64,000 nt of DNA from positions 1 through 64,000 of the IMG/VR virus record IMGVR_UViG_3300036781_000236; one strand, given 5' to 3'. The notes beneath the pieces were generated by a model, which worked only from the letters and a program-made list of their open reading frames with translations, did not search any database and was not told the DNA's origin. Positions 45,077 to 55,551 of the stretch are shown here, piece after piece. The stretch comes from a virus. The position numbers and the translations under genes are program-made. Position 1 is the first letter of the stretch, and every line of letters begins with the position of its first letter.

Positions 45077-45269
45077 CCCTAAACCTCTACTTGACCCTCA
45101 TCACGCGGGCGTGATTCGCCCATCACCGCAGCCTGCAACCGGCGAAGCTCGGATGCCTTCACCACTTCCTCGCCACCAGACTCGTCCCACGCCAATGCGC
45201 CGCCATGACCGCGCTGCTCTTTGACGACAGCCTCGGCGTTCGCGCAACGCGTCTCACGTGTCATGTCCA

Positions 45270-45437
45270 TCACTGCTTCCTCCGTGGCGGTGAACCATCG
45301 ATCTTGTCGAAAGCCCGCTCGGACGCCTTGCCTACCTCATCGACAGTGGTCTCTACCGCCTCGACAGCTTCCGCGACGATGGTCAACGGAGCCGTGATGA
45401 CTTCACCGACGATCCTCCCGAGAAGCTTCCCGATCAC
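45270..45437 (-). CDS. Small hypothetical protein
   Basis: GTGA-coupled to portal stop (3' part of ORF 45270..45587). Confidence 0.45.
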   Translation of the reverse strand: MIGKLLGRIVGEVITAPLTIVAEAVEAVETTVDEVGKASERAFDKIDGSPPRRKQ

Positions 45438-47383
45438 GCCGTCACCTTCCCGTTCGCAGCGGCAGCAACCCTGTTCGTCAACGACGCCGACACCGGGGCC
45501 GGGAGCGTCTCGAACAAAGTTCGTGACGCGTGCAACTCGACGTTCGACACGAACAACTCCACCATCGCCGTGTCCGTGACGTGACATGACCGCAACGCTT
45601 CCTCGATCATCCCTCGCGCACCCGCGACCAGCTGCGCAGGCTGCTGCTTCGTCAACGTCTTCACGCGATCCGCACCCAGGGTAGCCGCGACAAGGTTCGC
45701 GCGTACCCCGTCGATCAACGCCAACGCGTCCGGGTCCTTCTTCGCGAGGGACCGGAGCTTCGACCCGGCGAGTTCGCGGGCACGATACACCGCCAGTTCC
45801 GCCGCGATAGACACGGCCGCCGTCGCGGCCGATCCGATCACCTCGCCGCTGATCGGCTGCGGCGGCTTTCCCTTCGTCGTCTCCGACGCCGACCCGCCAG
45901 GGCCACGCACCGGAGCGGACGTTACGCCACCCGATCCGCCATCCGCACCACCTGTGTCCGGGGTTTCGAGCACGCCAGGCGCGATCTCCAGTTCCGACCC
46001 TGGACGCAGTGACGGTGTCCCGTACACCGCCAAACCAGGGTCGCGGAGCTTGATCCCCAAGTACACGTTCCGTTCCTCAGGGGACGGCGCATCGGCGTCA
46101 TCGAACCCCTTCGACTTCCGGTACGTGTCATCGCTGATCGTGCCCCGGTCGAACGCCTCATCAGCAGCAGCGCCCCGGTCAGGGTGGTTGATGATCGCGG
46201 ACGCGTCGTAGTCGATGCAATAGGTCTGCCAATCAGCGACACCCATATCGCTAAGGTAGGGACGCAGGTAGGACTGCGTGAGGTCGGACACCAACTGTTG
46301 CGCCATCGGCTGCAAGTGCGCCTTCCACGTGCTCTCATCGACCTGCCATGCGTTCCAGTGCGTCAGGTCCCCCATCCCTGTCAGGATCTCCGCTGGAAGG
46401 TCGAGTCCGATAGCGATACGACGGATGCATTCCTCCCTCAATCCTGTCTCCGGATACAGCTGCACTGGGTCGACAAGCTCCATGTGGTACACAAGATCCT
46501 TGAGGGATTTATTTTCTGGGACAGGGACGCGCATGATCAGCGGAACAACAGCGGACGCTGACCCTTCGTTCTCGATGGAGGCAGTCATAGCGTCCGTCAG
46601 GTCCTGCAAGAAAATGTCGTTCAACGGGTCTTCGTCACCCAGCGGTTCTAGCGGGGTCTGTGACAGGGCGTCGTCTATCCACAGAATCCCGTTCCCTGCC
46701 TGCCGTGAACGGGCGCGCGCGCGGACGACGGCGGTGAGTAGCACGAGTTCTTCCACGAGCAGGAGGACACCGGCCATTGAGGAGTCCGCGAGTGCCGACC
46801 ACCTCGGCGACCGCTTCCACAGCCTGTACGCGACAGCGCTGTCGTCATCAACGGGGAAGAAATCCTCGTCCTTCACCTCGTGGTAGTTCTGGATCATGAT
46901 CGACGGTGCGCGGTACCGCATGATCACGCCGTCCATGACGCGCAACTCGTCGGTGGACAGAACCTCCCACTGCTCCAACCCGGTGAACGGGTCGTTGCTC
47001 ACGAGGAGGTACGCCTCCCCGGTGAGAAACATGAGTTTGCCGTACTGCTGCTGCAACCCGTTCCGCTGCCCCTTACCTCCGCCGGGGTCCTGGATACGGG
47101 CGAGCGCGTCAACGACGTTCTGATTCGTGGTGGGCTTGATCTCCCCGTCAGGTTGGATCTGCGCAGGTAGCAGCGTCAGTAGGCTCATGGCGTGCCCGAC
47201 GTAGTTCGCGGCGTACTTGATCTCCCCCACCATGTCGTAGTACGACAGGGCGCGGGTCTGCCACGGCTGGATCAGGCGGCGCATGATCTGCGCGTCCCGC
47301 TGATGCACCCGTACCCCGGCGGCCGTCAACGATGCGGGATTACCGATCCGCATCCCTGGCTTCTTGCGGCTAAACCACCCCAC
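45434..47383 (-). CDS. Portal protein
   Basis: WQ..A..YYD-VGEIKYA, TGEAYL, SRQAGNGILW, CIRRIAIGLDLPAEILTG...HWNAW. Confidence 0.85.
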   Translation of the reverse strand: MGWFSRKKPGMRIGNPASLTAAGVRVHQRDAQIMRRLIQPWQTRALSYYDMVGEIKYAANYVGHAMSLLTLLPAQIQPDGEIKPTTNQNVVDALARIQDPGGGKGQRNGLQQQYGKLMFLTGEAYLLVSNDPFTGLEQWEVLSTDELRVMDGVIMRYRAPSIMIQNYHEVKDEDFFPVDDDSAVAYRLWKRSPRWSALADSSMAGVLLLVEELVLLTAVVRARARSRQAGNGILWIDDALSQTPLEPLGDEDPLNDIFLQDLTDAMTASIENEGSASAVVPLIMRVPVPENKSLKDLVYHMELVDPVQLYPETGLREECIRRIAIGLDLPAEILTGMGDLTHWNAWQVDESTWKAHLQPMAQQLVSDLTQSYLRPYLSDMGVADWQTYCIDYDASAIINHPDRGAAADEAFDRGTISDDTYRKSKGFDDADAPSPEERNVYLGIKLRDPGLAVYGTPSLRPGSELEIAPGVLETPDTGGADGGSGGVTSAPVRGPGGSASETTKGKPPQPISGEVIGSAATAAVSIAAELAVYRARELAGSKLRSLAKKDPDALALIDGVRANLVAATLGADRVKTLTKQQPAQLVAGARGMIEEALRSCHVTDTAMVELFVSNVELHASRTLFETLPAPVSASLTNRVAAAANGKVTA

Positions 47384-47395
47384 GTGCGGGGCCGG

Positions 47396-47566
47396 TTACT
47401 GGCCGGTCGTCGGGGCAGGCTGGTTCGGCCTGTCCGGCGGATTCCACACCAGGCTAGCCATCGTGACTTCGCGGCGGTCGGAGCGAGGGGTGCGCGCACC
47501 CGTGGCCTGGTTCGCCTCAGCGTTCTGCACCGCTGTCTTCACGCTTCCAGAGCATCCACAACCCAT
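47396..47566 (-). CDS. Small MGCGC-start protein (56 aa)
   Basis: Not in ORF track; RBS GAAGGAGG; directly upstream of portal. Confidence 0.65.
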   Translation of the reverse strand: MGCGCSGSVKTAVQNAEANQATGARTPRSDRREVTMASLVWNPPDRPNQPAPTTGQ

Positions 47567-47730
47567 ACAGGGCCTCCTTCGGTGGTGATTCGGTTCGGGA
47601 CTTGTAGGCTAGCGCGGCGAACGGTTAGCGCCCCCAGATACACGACGGGCGCTCCGAAGAGCGCCCGCACCCGAAGGTGACCTGCCAGCCCCGTAGAGGC
47701 CGCTAGGTTCCGTCCAACCCTACCACGCGG

Positions 47731-48021
47731 CTATTCGTCCCGGCCGAACGCCTGATCGCGAGCGCGACGCAGGTGACGGATCAGGTCGTTGATCGCCTGC
47801 CGGTCAAGATCAACGTAGAAACCGCCCAGGCTGATTTCCCTAACGTCCGTTCCAGTGGCATCAGACATGACACGAACACCGTCTGCGCCTGTCTGCGCGT
47901 CGACACACTTACTCACGACTTGCACATACTGGTCGCGGTTCCAACGAACCTCGACTATGGCCTTGCGCGGGTCGTTCTCGTCAAAAGCCAGTGGGCTTCC
48001 GTACACGGATTCTTTGGGCAT
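47731..48021 (-). CDS. Conserved actinophage hypothetical protein
   Basis: RBS AAGGAGG; LDRQAINDLIRHLRRARDQAFGRDE. Confidence 0.75.
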   Translation of the reverse strand: MPKESVYGSPLAFDENDPRKAIVEVRWNRDQYVQVVSKCVDAQTGADGVRVMSDATGTDVREISLGGFYVDLDRQAINDLIRHLRRARDQAFGRDE

Positions 48022-48087
48022 CTCGCCCTCCTTGCCCATCACGGGCGGTAGTGGAACCCGCAGACCGTATCACGCCCGCGTGATGGC

Positions 48088-48453
48088 TCAGGGGTCGAGC
48101 CAGCGGGCAGCAAGGCCAACGGTCATACTCAACGCGAACGGCGCGAGCACCGCCACCGTCCACGACGGCTCCAGACGCCACGCCACATACGCTACGACCG
48201 ACCACCACCAGCCCTGGCAGAACGCGCACTCAAGAAGCTCCGCGAGCACAGGACGCCTGTACGTGACTGTCGCGGTGACCTGCTCCGACGTTAGCCCGTT
48301 CACAGCGTTCTGCGAGCCTGTGCGAGACACGGTAGTGCCGAGCAGCCACGCCCGGGCGCGGACGACAGGAGGGAACGTGTCCCAACCAACGAGTCGCACC
48401 ACCCGGAGAGTGCCGAGCGCTAGCACCACCGACAGCCAAGGAGACGGAATCAC
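48088..48453 (-). CDS. DUF1360-like membrane protein
   Basis: RVVRLVGWD...LAELLECAFCQGWW with TM helices. Confidence 0.75.
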   Translation of the reverse strand: MIPSPWLSVVLALGTLRVVRLVGWDTFPPVVRARAWLLGTTVSRTGSQNAVNGLTSEQVTATVTYRRPVLAELLECAFCQGWWWSVVAYVAWRLEPSWTVAVLAPFALSMTVGLAARWLDP

Positions 48454-49441
48454 GTATTCACCACCGTGAGATTCGAAGCAACGCTTGTCACTTCGAAGGT
48501 ACGGCAGCGAGCGCAATACCACCGCCGCTGGTAGGTAAGACACTTTCCCTGATAGCCGGGTTCGACGCGCCAGAGTTCTTTCTCCTCAATGAGCCGCCAG
48601 TCATGCGACTGAAACTCACCTGTGACAGTGACGTGTGAGCACCACGTATCAAGGTCGCGCATGTCTGCCGCACCCGCGGCCTTGTTCAACCCGTCGACCA
48701 TGGCCTTCGCCAACTCCTCTTTGTGCGGCAGCGATTCCTTCACCCGAGCGATCCATCCGATACCGACGTCGTCGTAGATCGTGACGGGACCGTGCGCCCT
48801 ATATACGTAGGCGTACGGGGGATTGAACACGTCGCTGCCGCTCATGGCTGCATCTTACGCAAGCCACGGAACGGTCTGCATGTCAGCGTGCCGTCAGCCA
48901 ACCGCAACAACACGTTTCGCGGACACCCGTTGCCAAGCCACTTCGCGAGGACGGTGACGGGTTCGCCGCGAAGCAGGTACGTCTTACCGACCATGCCGCT
49001 CACGCTTCCTCGTCCTGTCGAGCAGGAGGCTCAGAGTGCGGCACATAGCCCAACACTTCCAAACACTGGCAGCCATCGACTGGACCCCACGACGGGCAGA
49101 CCTCATGGAATCCTCTGTCGTGTTCGCACGGCATCACCAGCAATCGTCCTGGCTTGTCAAGCGCTCCCGTGATCCATCCGCCGCAAGCGTCACAGACACA
49201 GTACGGGTCAGCGAAGCGCCGCTCATTGTAGACCGCAACGTAGGTGCGCGTGATCGTCACGAGAGGATGTTCTGCCACTGGGGGCACCAGTCCAACCGGC
49301 AACACCGCACCTTGAGGTACAGGTGCAGCCCGAGCGGCCCAGCCCACAGGTGCAGGCCGGGGCTTCCGTAGCGGGGACGTGAGACGCTGAAGAACGGTTC
49401 ACTCATTCGTATAGCTAGCTTACCACGCGGGCGTCATGCAT

Positions 49442-49822
49442 CTACTCTGCCGTCCACGGCTCTCGTGGGTCTGTGATCTGCCAAAGATGAAAGACGTGGT
49501 CTTGCTGCGGTACGTTCACGTACACCTCACGTGGCGGTAGCAGCATCCCGAACGTCAACTCTGGGTCGAGGAGCCTGTATCGCGCGGTCTTGATTTCGTC
49601 CCATGACGGATGCCGTGTCGGGTGGGAGATGGAGAGATGCCACAGGTACTCGCCGTTCACACCAGCGGGTTCGCGTCCGAGCAGTATGGAGCATTCGCCC
49701 ATCTCGAACAGACTGGCTTTCATCCCCATTCGCTTCATCACGTCAGGGAGAGCGCGCTGAGTGAACCCGGCTTCGACGTAGCCTGGTTCATGGCTGCCAG
49801 GGATCGGCTCCTTGTACGGCAT
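49442..49822 (-). CDS. Conserved phage hypothetical protein
   Basis: WHLSISHPTRHPSWDEIK...LPP...YVN...FHLW. Confidence 0.7.
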   Translation of the reverse strand: MPYKEPIPGSHEPGYVEAGFTQRALPDVMKRMGMKASLFEMGECSILLGREPAGVNGEYLWHLSISHPTRHPSWDEIKTARYRLLDPELTFGMLLPPREVYVNVPQQDHVFHLWQITDPREPWTAE

Positions 49823-50655
49823 TAGATCGGTGCGGGGTCGTAGATCATGCTGCTGTCCGCGTACGGGTCAGGACTGTAGAACCACGTCGTGAAATGATCG
49901 CCGACGCGCTGCTCCCACTCCGCGAGCGCCGCCGGATCGTCGGGCGGCAGGCCATGCATCCGCCAGTGCGCCCCCACGGACTCGTCCATAGCGGTGAGCG
50001 CATAGGCTCGCGCACCTGTGGCGATCTTGCGGACGTACTGCTCCCGTGTGCGCCAGCTGTAGTGCCGCACCACAAGACCCGGGGCCGCGGGTGCGATCCC
50101 CGGCAGGTACGCGGAGTGGTTCCCCATGTGGATGATGAGTCCGTCGCACAACCGGACGCACACCTTCGGGAGCGGTGCCCGCTCCCGTTTTCGCCACCCG
50201 ATGCGGCGGAACGGGTTCGGTTCGCTGCTCACCAGTTCGTCTGTGAACCTGTCCCGCTCGAACTCCAGCGGGTCGATAGCCGTAGGGATGTGGTTGAACA
50301 ACTCGGTGGTCACGACACGAATGTCGGGGGCCAGACCATCGAGGTAGACGCGGATCGGGCGGTTGTCGGTCGTCATCCACGCTTCGTCCAGATCGGATGC
50401 GACAGCCCACGTGAACCCCATGTTCAGCGCCCGTGCCGCGAGGGCACTCATCTTGTCCGACTGCTGGTACGCGGGGTCGGGGTCGTCAATGAGCGTGATC
50501 GCGTCCCCGAACGACGCCATGATCTCGCGTGTCCCGTCTGTGCTGAGATTGTCCGCGACGATCAGGTGGTCGACCTGGGTGAGCATGTGCTCGCACCATG
50601 CCTGAGCTATGTCGGCTTCATCCCTCGCCATCGCTATCGCTACGCAAGCGCTCAC
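49822..50655 (-). CDS. Glycosyltransferase family 2-like
   Basis: ARDEAD, VADNLSTDGT, SDLDE, HMGNH, HYSWR. Confidence 0.88.
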   Translation of the reverse strand: MSACVAIAMARDEADIAQAWCEHMLTQVDHLIVADNLSTDGTREIMASFGDAITLIDDPDPAYQQSDKMSALAARALNMGFTWAVASDLDEAWMTTDNRPIRVYLDGLAPDIRVVTTELFNHIPTAIDPLEFERDRFTDELVSSEPNPFRRIGWRKRERAPLPKVCVRLCDGLIIHMGNHSAYLPGIAPAAPGLVVRHYSWRTREQYVRKIATGARAYALTAMDESVGAHWRMHGLPPDDPAALAEWEQRVGDHFTTWFYSPDPYADSSMIYDPAPI

Positions 50656-50836
50656 TTCGACATCTTGTACGTTAGGACAGATCCGATGATGGCACCGCAC
50701 CCTGCTAGTACAAGCATGAGAGACAGAGGCCACGCCCCTACCTGATGGTTCCCATCCACGATCATCGTCGGTAACGCCACAGGGAGCGCTGCCCAGTATG
50801 TCCCCATCAGAAATCCCCACAGGACGAAGCATGTTC

Positions 50837-51313
50837 TCATGCTTCGTCCTCGCCGTCTTCGAGTTCGTAGAGCACACGGTCATGCTCACCCAACATCCAC
50901 TGCTCCTTGAACGCCGCCTGGTTGTAGGTCGGCATGTACCCGGTACCGCCCGTGGCGGCAAGGAACGCCGCCGCGTACGGCAGACGGTGCGTGCCCACGG
51001 TCTTGCGCGGTGACCCGTCAGGACGGTACGGCTCGAACGTGTACCTCACTGCGCGGCTTCCGGTTGCACGGCCGCCGAGTGCCTTGACGGCTTTCCGCCA
51101 CGCCGAGCGGCACTCGGAGCACTTGAGCGCTTCAACGTCGAACATCGAGCCGCCGGGGGCGGATGCCCTTTCGGGGTCGTTGCCGAAGAACGGATCGTCT
51201 GAGGTGTCGGGCGGCGAGCAGATCGTCCCGTTCAGAGCGATGTTCATTAGGGATTCCAGCACCTCGATGGCCGCGTCCGGATCGGGATCTTGCACAGGAG
51301 ACACTGTAATCAT
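50837..51313 (-). CDS. Hypothetical protein
   Basis: ATGA-coupled. Confidence 0.55.
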   Translation of the reverse strand: MITVSPVQDPDPDAAIEVLESLMNIALNGTICSPPDTSDDPFFGNDPERASAPGGSMFDVEALKCSECRSAWRKAVKALGGRATGSRAVRYTFEPYRPDGSPRKTVGTHRLPYAAAFLAATGGTGYMPTYNQAAFKEQWMLGEHDRVLYELEDGEDEA

Positions 51314-51909
51314 GCGTGGTTCCTGCGGAAGATGAGGCCGGTGTCGCGGAAGTAGTTCGTCGCGCGGCCGTTCAACGCTGCGAGTCGTCGCGCGTTTTCG
51401 GTGTTCTCCTCATCGAACCGGAACCCTGCGGCGGCGAACGCACCGATCCAGTAACTATCGGGCTGAAGGTTCACGTGATGCCACCCTGCCTGCCCCGGCA
51501 CCGCATGCGTTACCGCGACAGTGTGAGCCTGACACATGGTGCGCATGACGTTCGGGAGGTACTGCTCCTCGATGTGCTCCAGGAACTCGCAGCACCAGAT
51601 CGTCCCGTACGTATCACAGCGGAATGGACCATGCGTGAAGTCGTGCTGGTAGATACGGATGCGGTCGAATGGCATCCCGTCGACCCCTTCGGAGTAGAGA
51701 CCGAGACTTGAGAACGCATCGACGGCTACCCCGTCGCCGCACCCAACGTCGAGCAGGCGTGTGTTGCGGCGCTCTTTCGCGTCCTCCGCGATCCACGCCC
51801 AGAGTTCTGGGTAGATACAGTCCTTGTCGCCAGTTTCGACGTAACCGCCGAGGTGGCCGTCCACGACCATCACGTGCTCGTCGGAGACCGGGATACGCTC
51901 CACCGTCAC
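51310..51909 (-). CDS. Class I SAM-dependent methyltransferase
   Basis: LLDVGCGDG, HDF, EFLEHI, PGQAGWHHVN. Confidence 0.88.
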   Translation of the reverse strand: MTVERIPVSDEHVMVVDGHLGGYVETGDKDCIYPELWAWIAEDAKERRNTRLLDVGCGDGVAVDAFSSLGLYSEGVDGMPFDRIRIYQHDFTHGPFRCDTYGTIWCCEFLEHIEEQYLPNVMRTMCQAHTVAVTHAVPGQAGWHHVNLQPDSYWIGAFAAAGFRFDEENTENARRLAALNGRATNYFRDTGLIFRRNHA

Positions 51910-52854
51910 GCGGCACCAACCAACGGCTTACCGTAGCGTTCCCACACGGCCTGCGACCAAGGGTCAGTAGCGGTGCCGTCCTGCTGCTTCATCTGTCCGT
52001 CCTGGAAGACGTTGAGAGGTAGGACGCCCTTGATACCGGGGCGCTTCAGCACACGACCTGCTGTTACCAAGGACTCGACGCTCACGTCGGGGGTTGTATC
52101 GAGGAGCACGCGTCGCACCCGAACCGTCCAGCCGCAGCCACTCCAAATCGACCCGACCTCAGGAAGCGCGTCAGCGTCCATCAGTGCCTCCGTCATGGCG
52201 GATTACGCTCACGTCCGACACAAGCGCCTCCATCTCCTCCGGTGATATACGCACAACCTGCGTAGCAGGAGTGACTCGCGGCGGTCCTTCTAGCGCTTTG
52301 AGCAGCAATGCTGCCTCCGCTGGTTTCACCATCGCGGAGAACTCCCCTGACTCCACCGCCCACCTGAGTTTCGCAACCACGTTCGCGAGTTCGCTGATGG
52401 CGTTCGGCGAACCGGAGCGAGCGGCATCCTCACGGGTAGCCGCAGGCATCGCAAGAACTGCCGTCCCCGATGGCCTCGTAAGCCCCTCCGGTTCGCGCAA
52501 CGCCACCTCGCGCTCAAGCTCATCGATCCGCGCTGCCGCCTGAACCATCAACGCACGGTCATCCATCAAGAAGACCTGGAGGTCGCGGTTCGCGCGCTCC
52601 CGCAGCAGCTCGCGCAACGTCGCTGGTGCCTCACCCCCGAACACTGGTGCTCCTCGGTTTGACGCGAACGTTGCTGCCGAAGTAGTCGCGGTCGCGGCGC
52701 ATCCGTGCGGTGAGCGGTCCGCGTGGGTGCTCATCTAGATGTTCGATCCTGCTGCGATAGTCCGACACCGCCCACGTCTGACCGAACAGGGCTGCCCCGG
52801 CGATGTTGCTCTCATAGAGACGGCGAAGTTCGCTGCGTACGGAATGGCGGACGC

Positions 52855-53166
52855 TCATGCCGCCACCTCGCCGCAGAAGTCGTGGCCGTCCTGTGTCGGC
52901 AAGTAGTGCCACGACGCCGACCATGCCGTCCACTCACGCCACACCAACCCACGCGATGCGAGCACGCCGAGCGTACGTCCCACCGCTGAAGGCGTCAGCT
53001 TCCGGTAGCGCATTTGGTCTATGTCGTCGGCGCGTTCCGCTGCGTCACGAATAAGCCAGCCGAGTACCGCCAACGCTTCGATGGGGTGCCCTGTATCCTT
53101 CGCGCACAAAGCGCGCAGCACGCTCTCCTGTAGACGCGTGAGAGGCGGTATTGTCGCGTCAGCCAC
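52855..53166 (-). CDS. Winged-helix-like hypothetical protein
   Basis: SAVGRTLGVLASRGLV...YLPTQDG. Confidence 0.5.
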   Translation of the reverse strand: MADATIPPLTRLQESVLRALCAKDTGHPIEALAVLGWLIRDAAERADDIDQMRYRKLTPSAVGRTLGVLASRGLVWREWTAWSASWHYLPTQDGHDFCGEVAA

Positions 53167-53401
53167 GGTAGTCCCCTCCGTCGCCGCCGTCGTTGCGGAT
53201 GCCGTTCACGTAGGCGATCTCGTGCTCGACTCCGATGAAGCCGCCGTCGCCTGGATCACGACGTAGCGAGATCGAGCTGCCGTCACCCGCGAACAGGATC
53301 AGATCGCGCGGCCAGTTCTTAGCCAGGCGCTTCAGGCCACGTACGATGCGCTTCTCGTCCTCAGTGAGCACGTCGAAGTCCTCTGGCTCCACAAAATACA
53401 T
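53159..53401 (-). CDS. Hypothetical protein (leaderless)
   Basis: ATG 7 nt after -10 TACGAT. Confidence 0.65.
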   Translation of the reverse strand: MYFVEPEDFDVLTEDEKRIVRGLKRLAKNWPRDLILFAGDGSSISLRRDPGDGGFIGVEHEIAYVNGIRNDGGDGGDYRG

Positions 53402-53408
53402 TGCCCGC

Positions 53409-53437
53409 ATCGTATAGCAGGCTTCGGGTGGGGTCAA
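53409..53437 (-). promoter_or_regulatory. Promoter TTGACC-17-TACGAT with CCTGCTATACGA box over -10
   Basis: Shares upstream GGTTGAGAGTTGACC with the 62075-62113 copy. Confidence 0.8.
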
Positions 53438-53460
53438 CTCTCAACCAACACCCGAGACTT

Positions 53461-54108
53461 TCACGCGGGTGTGACAGGCCACGCAACGGTGCAGATCACG
53501 TCACGGTCGTACTCGTCGCGGTAGCTCATCTCACCGCTCGGCGCGAGCGGTAGCACCGTCCTGTCTTCCGTGAGGTCGACCGTCCAGATAGACGTGCCCC
53601 CCGGGACATGCAGCCGCTCAATCCCGAACACGGCGTTGACGGCTTCGGCGACTCCTGGGAACCCTGCGCCCTCACCGGGGTAGTAGTCGTGTCCGCACAA
53701 CAGCCTCCGGGTTTTCGGGAGCCAACCTGCGATGTCCGCCAACACCGCCTCGTAAGTGTGGGCACCGTCGATGAAACACATATCCACGTCCGGCACGTCC
53801 ACGGCGACAGCGGGGCTGAGGCCACGTACAGCGTGGAGGTTCGCGAACCTGCCGCAGTGCCCCATGAAACTCCCGAACGACACGTCATGCTCGTCGTCCC
53901 ATGTGTCGATGCACCACACTGGCCCCTTGCATCCGGTGAGAAGCGCGGTGGACGAGCGGCCGTGCAAGCAACCGATCTCGGCAACGCTCCCCATCGTTTC
54001 CGCGGTGGCGCGTAGCCACCTCAGTTCGATATCTGACATCCACCCTGGCACGTCGAGTCCGGCCACGTCGGTGCCGTAGGTTGGTTCGGGTCCCATGATC
54101 GGAGTCAC
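53461..54108 (-). CDS. Class I SAM-dependent methyltransferase (Methyltransf_24-like)
   Basis: AEIGCLHGRS, IDTW, FIDGAHTYE, CGHDY. Confidence 0.88.
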   Translation of the reverse strand: MTPIMGPEPTYGTDVAGLDVPGWMSDIELRWLRATAETMGSVAEIGCLHGRSSTALLTGCKGPVWCIDTWDDEHDVSFGSFMGHCGRFANLHAVRGLSPAVAVDVPDVDMCFIDGAHTYEAVLADIAGWLPKTRRLLCGHDYYPGEGAGFPGVAEAVNAVFGIERLHVPGGTSIWTVDLTEDRTVLPLAPSGEMSYRDEYDRDVICTVAWPVTPA

Positions 54109-54842
54109 AGCAGCCTGCTCCTTGTCGGTGGTGGTTTCGCGGCGACCATCGCCGTCATCGGCTCGAAGTCACCTTCGAGCGCGCTGCCTGCCGCTTCGAT
54201 GTAGGCGGTCGCGAGTCGCGCCTGTTCGGGTGCGTGCTCGTGGAGGTTCTCTTCCTGGTCGCCGCGAGGATGCCACAAATGCACAGCCGCACCGGGGTAG
54301 CGGCGCACCGTCCCGTAGATGGCGTTCAGCGCGAGCGCCAACGCGACATCGTCGGGGCCGTGACCGACGAACCGTTCGTCCGCGCCACCGACCTGCCAGA
54401 ACGCGGCAGCCGGGACGATCACCAACCCTGACCAGCAAATCTTCTCCCCGATCCACTCCACGTTCGTGTGGTCGAACGTCACCTTGTCGCGGCCGTCCAT
54501 GAAGGTGTCGGTGGCGTGCTCGCGTAGCTGGACGTACCGTTCCGGTAGCCGCCACACACCGTCTGCCACGGTCGCTTCGACAGCGTTCCGGAACGCGGCT
54601 GCGTCGTCGGGAACGGTGTCTGCGTCCACGATCACCAGTACGCTCCCCGATGCTTGCGATGCGGCGATGTTGATCGCCTGCCCGTGGTTGAACAGTCCGT
54701 CGTGCTGGTGGAGGTCGTCAGCGACGATCGCTTCCACCCCGAGTGCCGCGTGCGCGACGGCCTCGACGTAACTGAACAGGCGGTCCCGGTGTGGGTCACC
54801 GGGCCGGTACGGGATCACGACCGACGCGTCCAAGGACGACAC
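54105..54842 (-). CDS. Glycosyltransferase (GT2/galactosyltransferase-like)
   Basis: VVIPYR, FNHGQAIN, IVDAD, GGADERFVGHGPDD, HLWHP. Confidence 0.88.
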   Translation of the reverse strand: MSSLDASVVIPYRPGDPHRDRLFSYVEAVAHAALGVEAIVADDLHQHDGLFNHGQAINIAASQASGSVLVIVDADTVPDDAAAFRNAVEATVADGVWRLPERYVQLREHATDTFMDGRDKVTFDHTNVEWIGEKICWSGLVIVPAAAFWQVGGADERFVGHGPDDVALALALNAIYGTVRRYPGAAVHLWHPRGDQEENLHEHAPEQARLATAYIEAAGSALEGDFEPMTAMVAAKPPPTRSRLL

Positions 54843-54843
54843 G

Positions 54844-55551
54844 TTAGACGGGGAGGCAGAGGAGGTTGCCCCACCCATCCGACACTTCTCCGTGCGACAG
54901 GTTCGCGGCGTCCAACGCTGCCTCCACCGTCGCCTTGTACGTGTCACGGGCGTCACCGTCGAACATCGGGGCGTGCGTCGCCAACATCACCGGGACACGC
55001 AGGGTGGCAAGGAACGGGGCGGCTTGCGGCAGAATCGCCTCCTCCCCACCCTCCACGTCGATCTTCACCAGGGAACACGCCCCAAGACCGAACCGCTCGA
55101 ACAACCCTTCCAGGGTGAGCGCGGGCACCTCGACACGGTCGGTAGCGTGGAGCATGCTCGACATCGAATCCCCCAACGCACCCAACGGGTGACGGCCGAT
55201 CCACCCGGTGCCTGCCTCCGCACCGACCATGCCTTCCCACACTGTGATATCGGCGTCGTTCCAGTTGGCGTGCTCGCGCAGTTGGTGGCACGCGACGGGG
55301 TCTGGTTCGACGGCGTACACCTTCGCCCCGAGCTTGGCGGCGTACAGGCTGACGGGGCCGATCCACGCACCAACGTCCACGAGCACGTCCCCTGGTCGCA
55401 GCCGTTCGTTCAGGACACCGATGGTGTCTGTTTCCCAGGAGTGCTGGAACTGGTCCCAGAACGCGGCCTCGTGGGGTTGTCCGCTGTCGGCGTCAGGGTC
55501 ACGGACAGTGAAGATGTGGCCGTCACGGGTAACGGTGCGCCGCTCGCTCAT
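54844..55551 (-). CDS. FkbM-family methyltransferase
   Basis: VDVGAWIG, AVEPD, KIDVEGGE. Confidence 0.9.
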   Translation of the reverse strand: MSERRTVTRDGHIFTVRDPDADSGQPHEAAFWDQFQHSWETDTIGVLNERLRPGDVLVDVGAWIGPVSLYAAKLGAKVYAVEPDPVACHQLREHANWNDADITVWEGMVGAEAGTGWIGRHPLGALGDSMSSMLHATDRVEVPALTLEGLFERFGLGACSLVKIDVEGGEEAILPQAAPFLATLRVPVMLATHAPMFDGDARDTYKATVEAALDAANLSHGEVSDGWGNLLCLPV

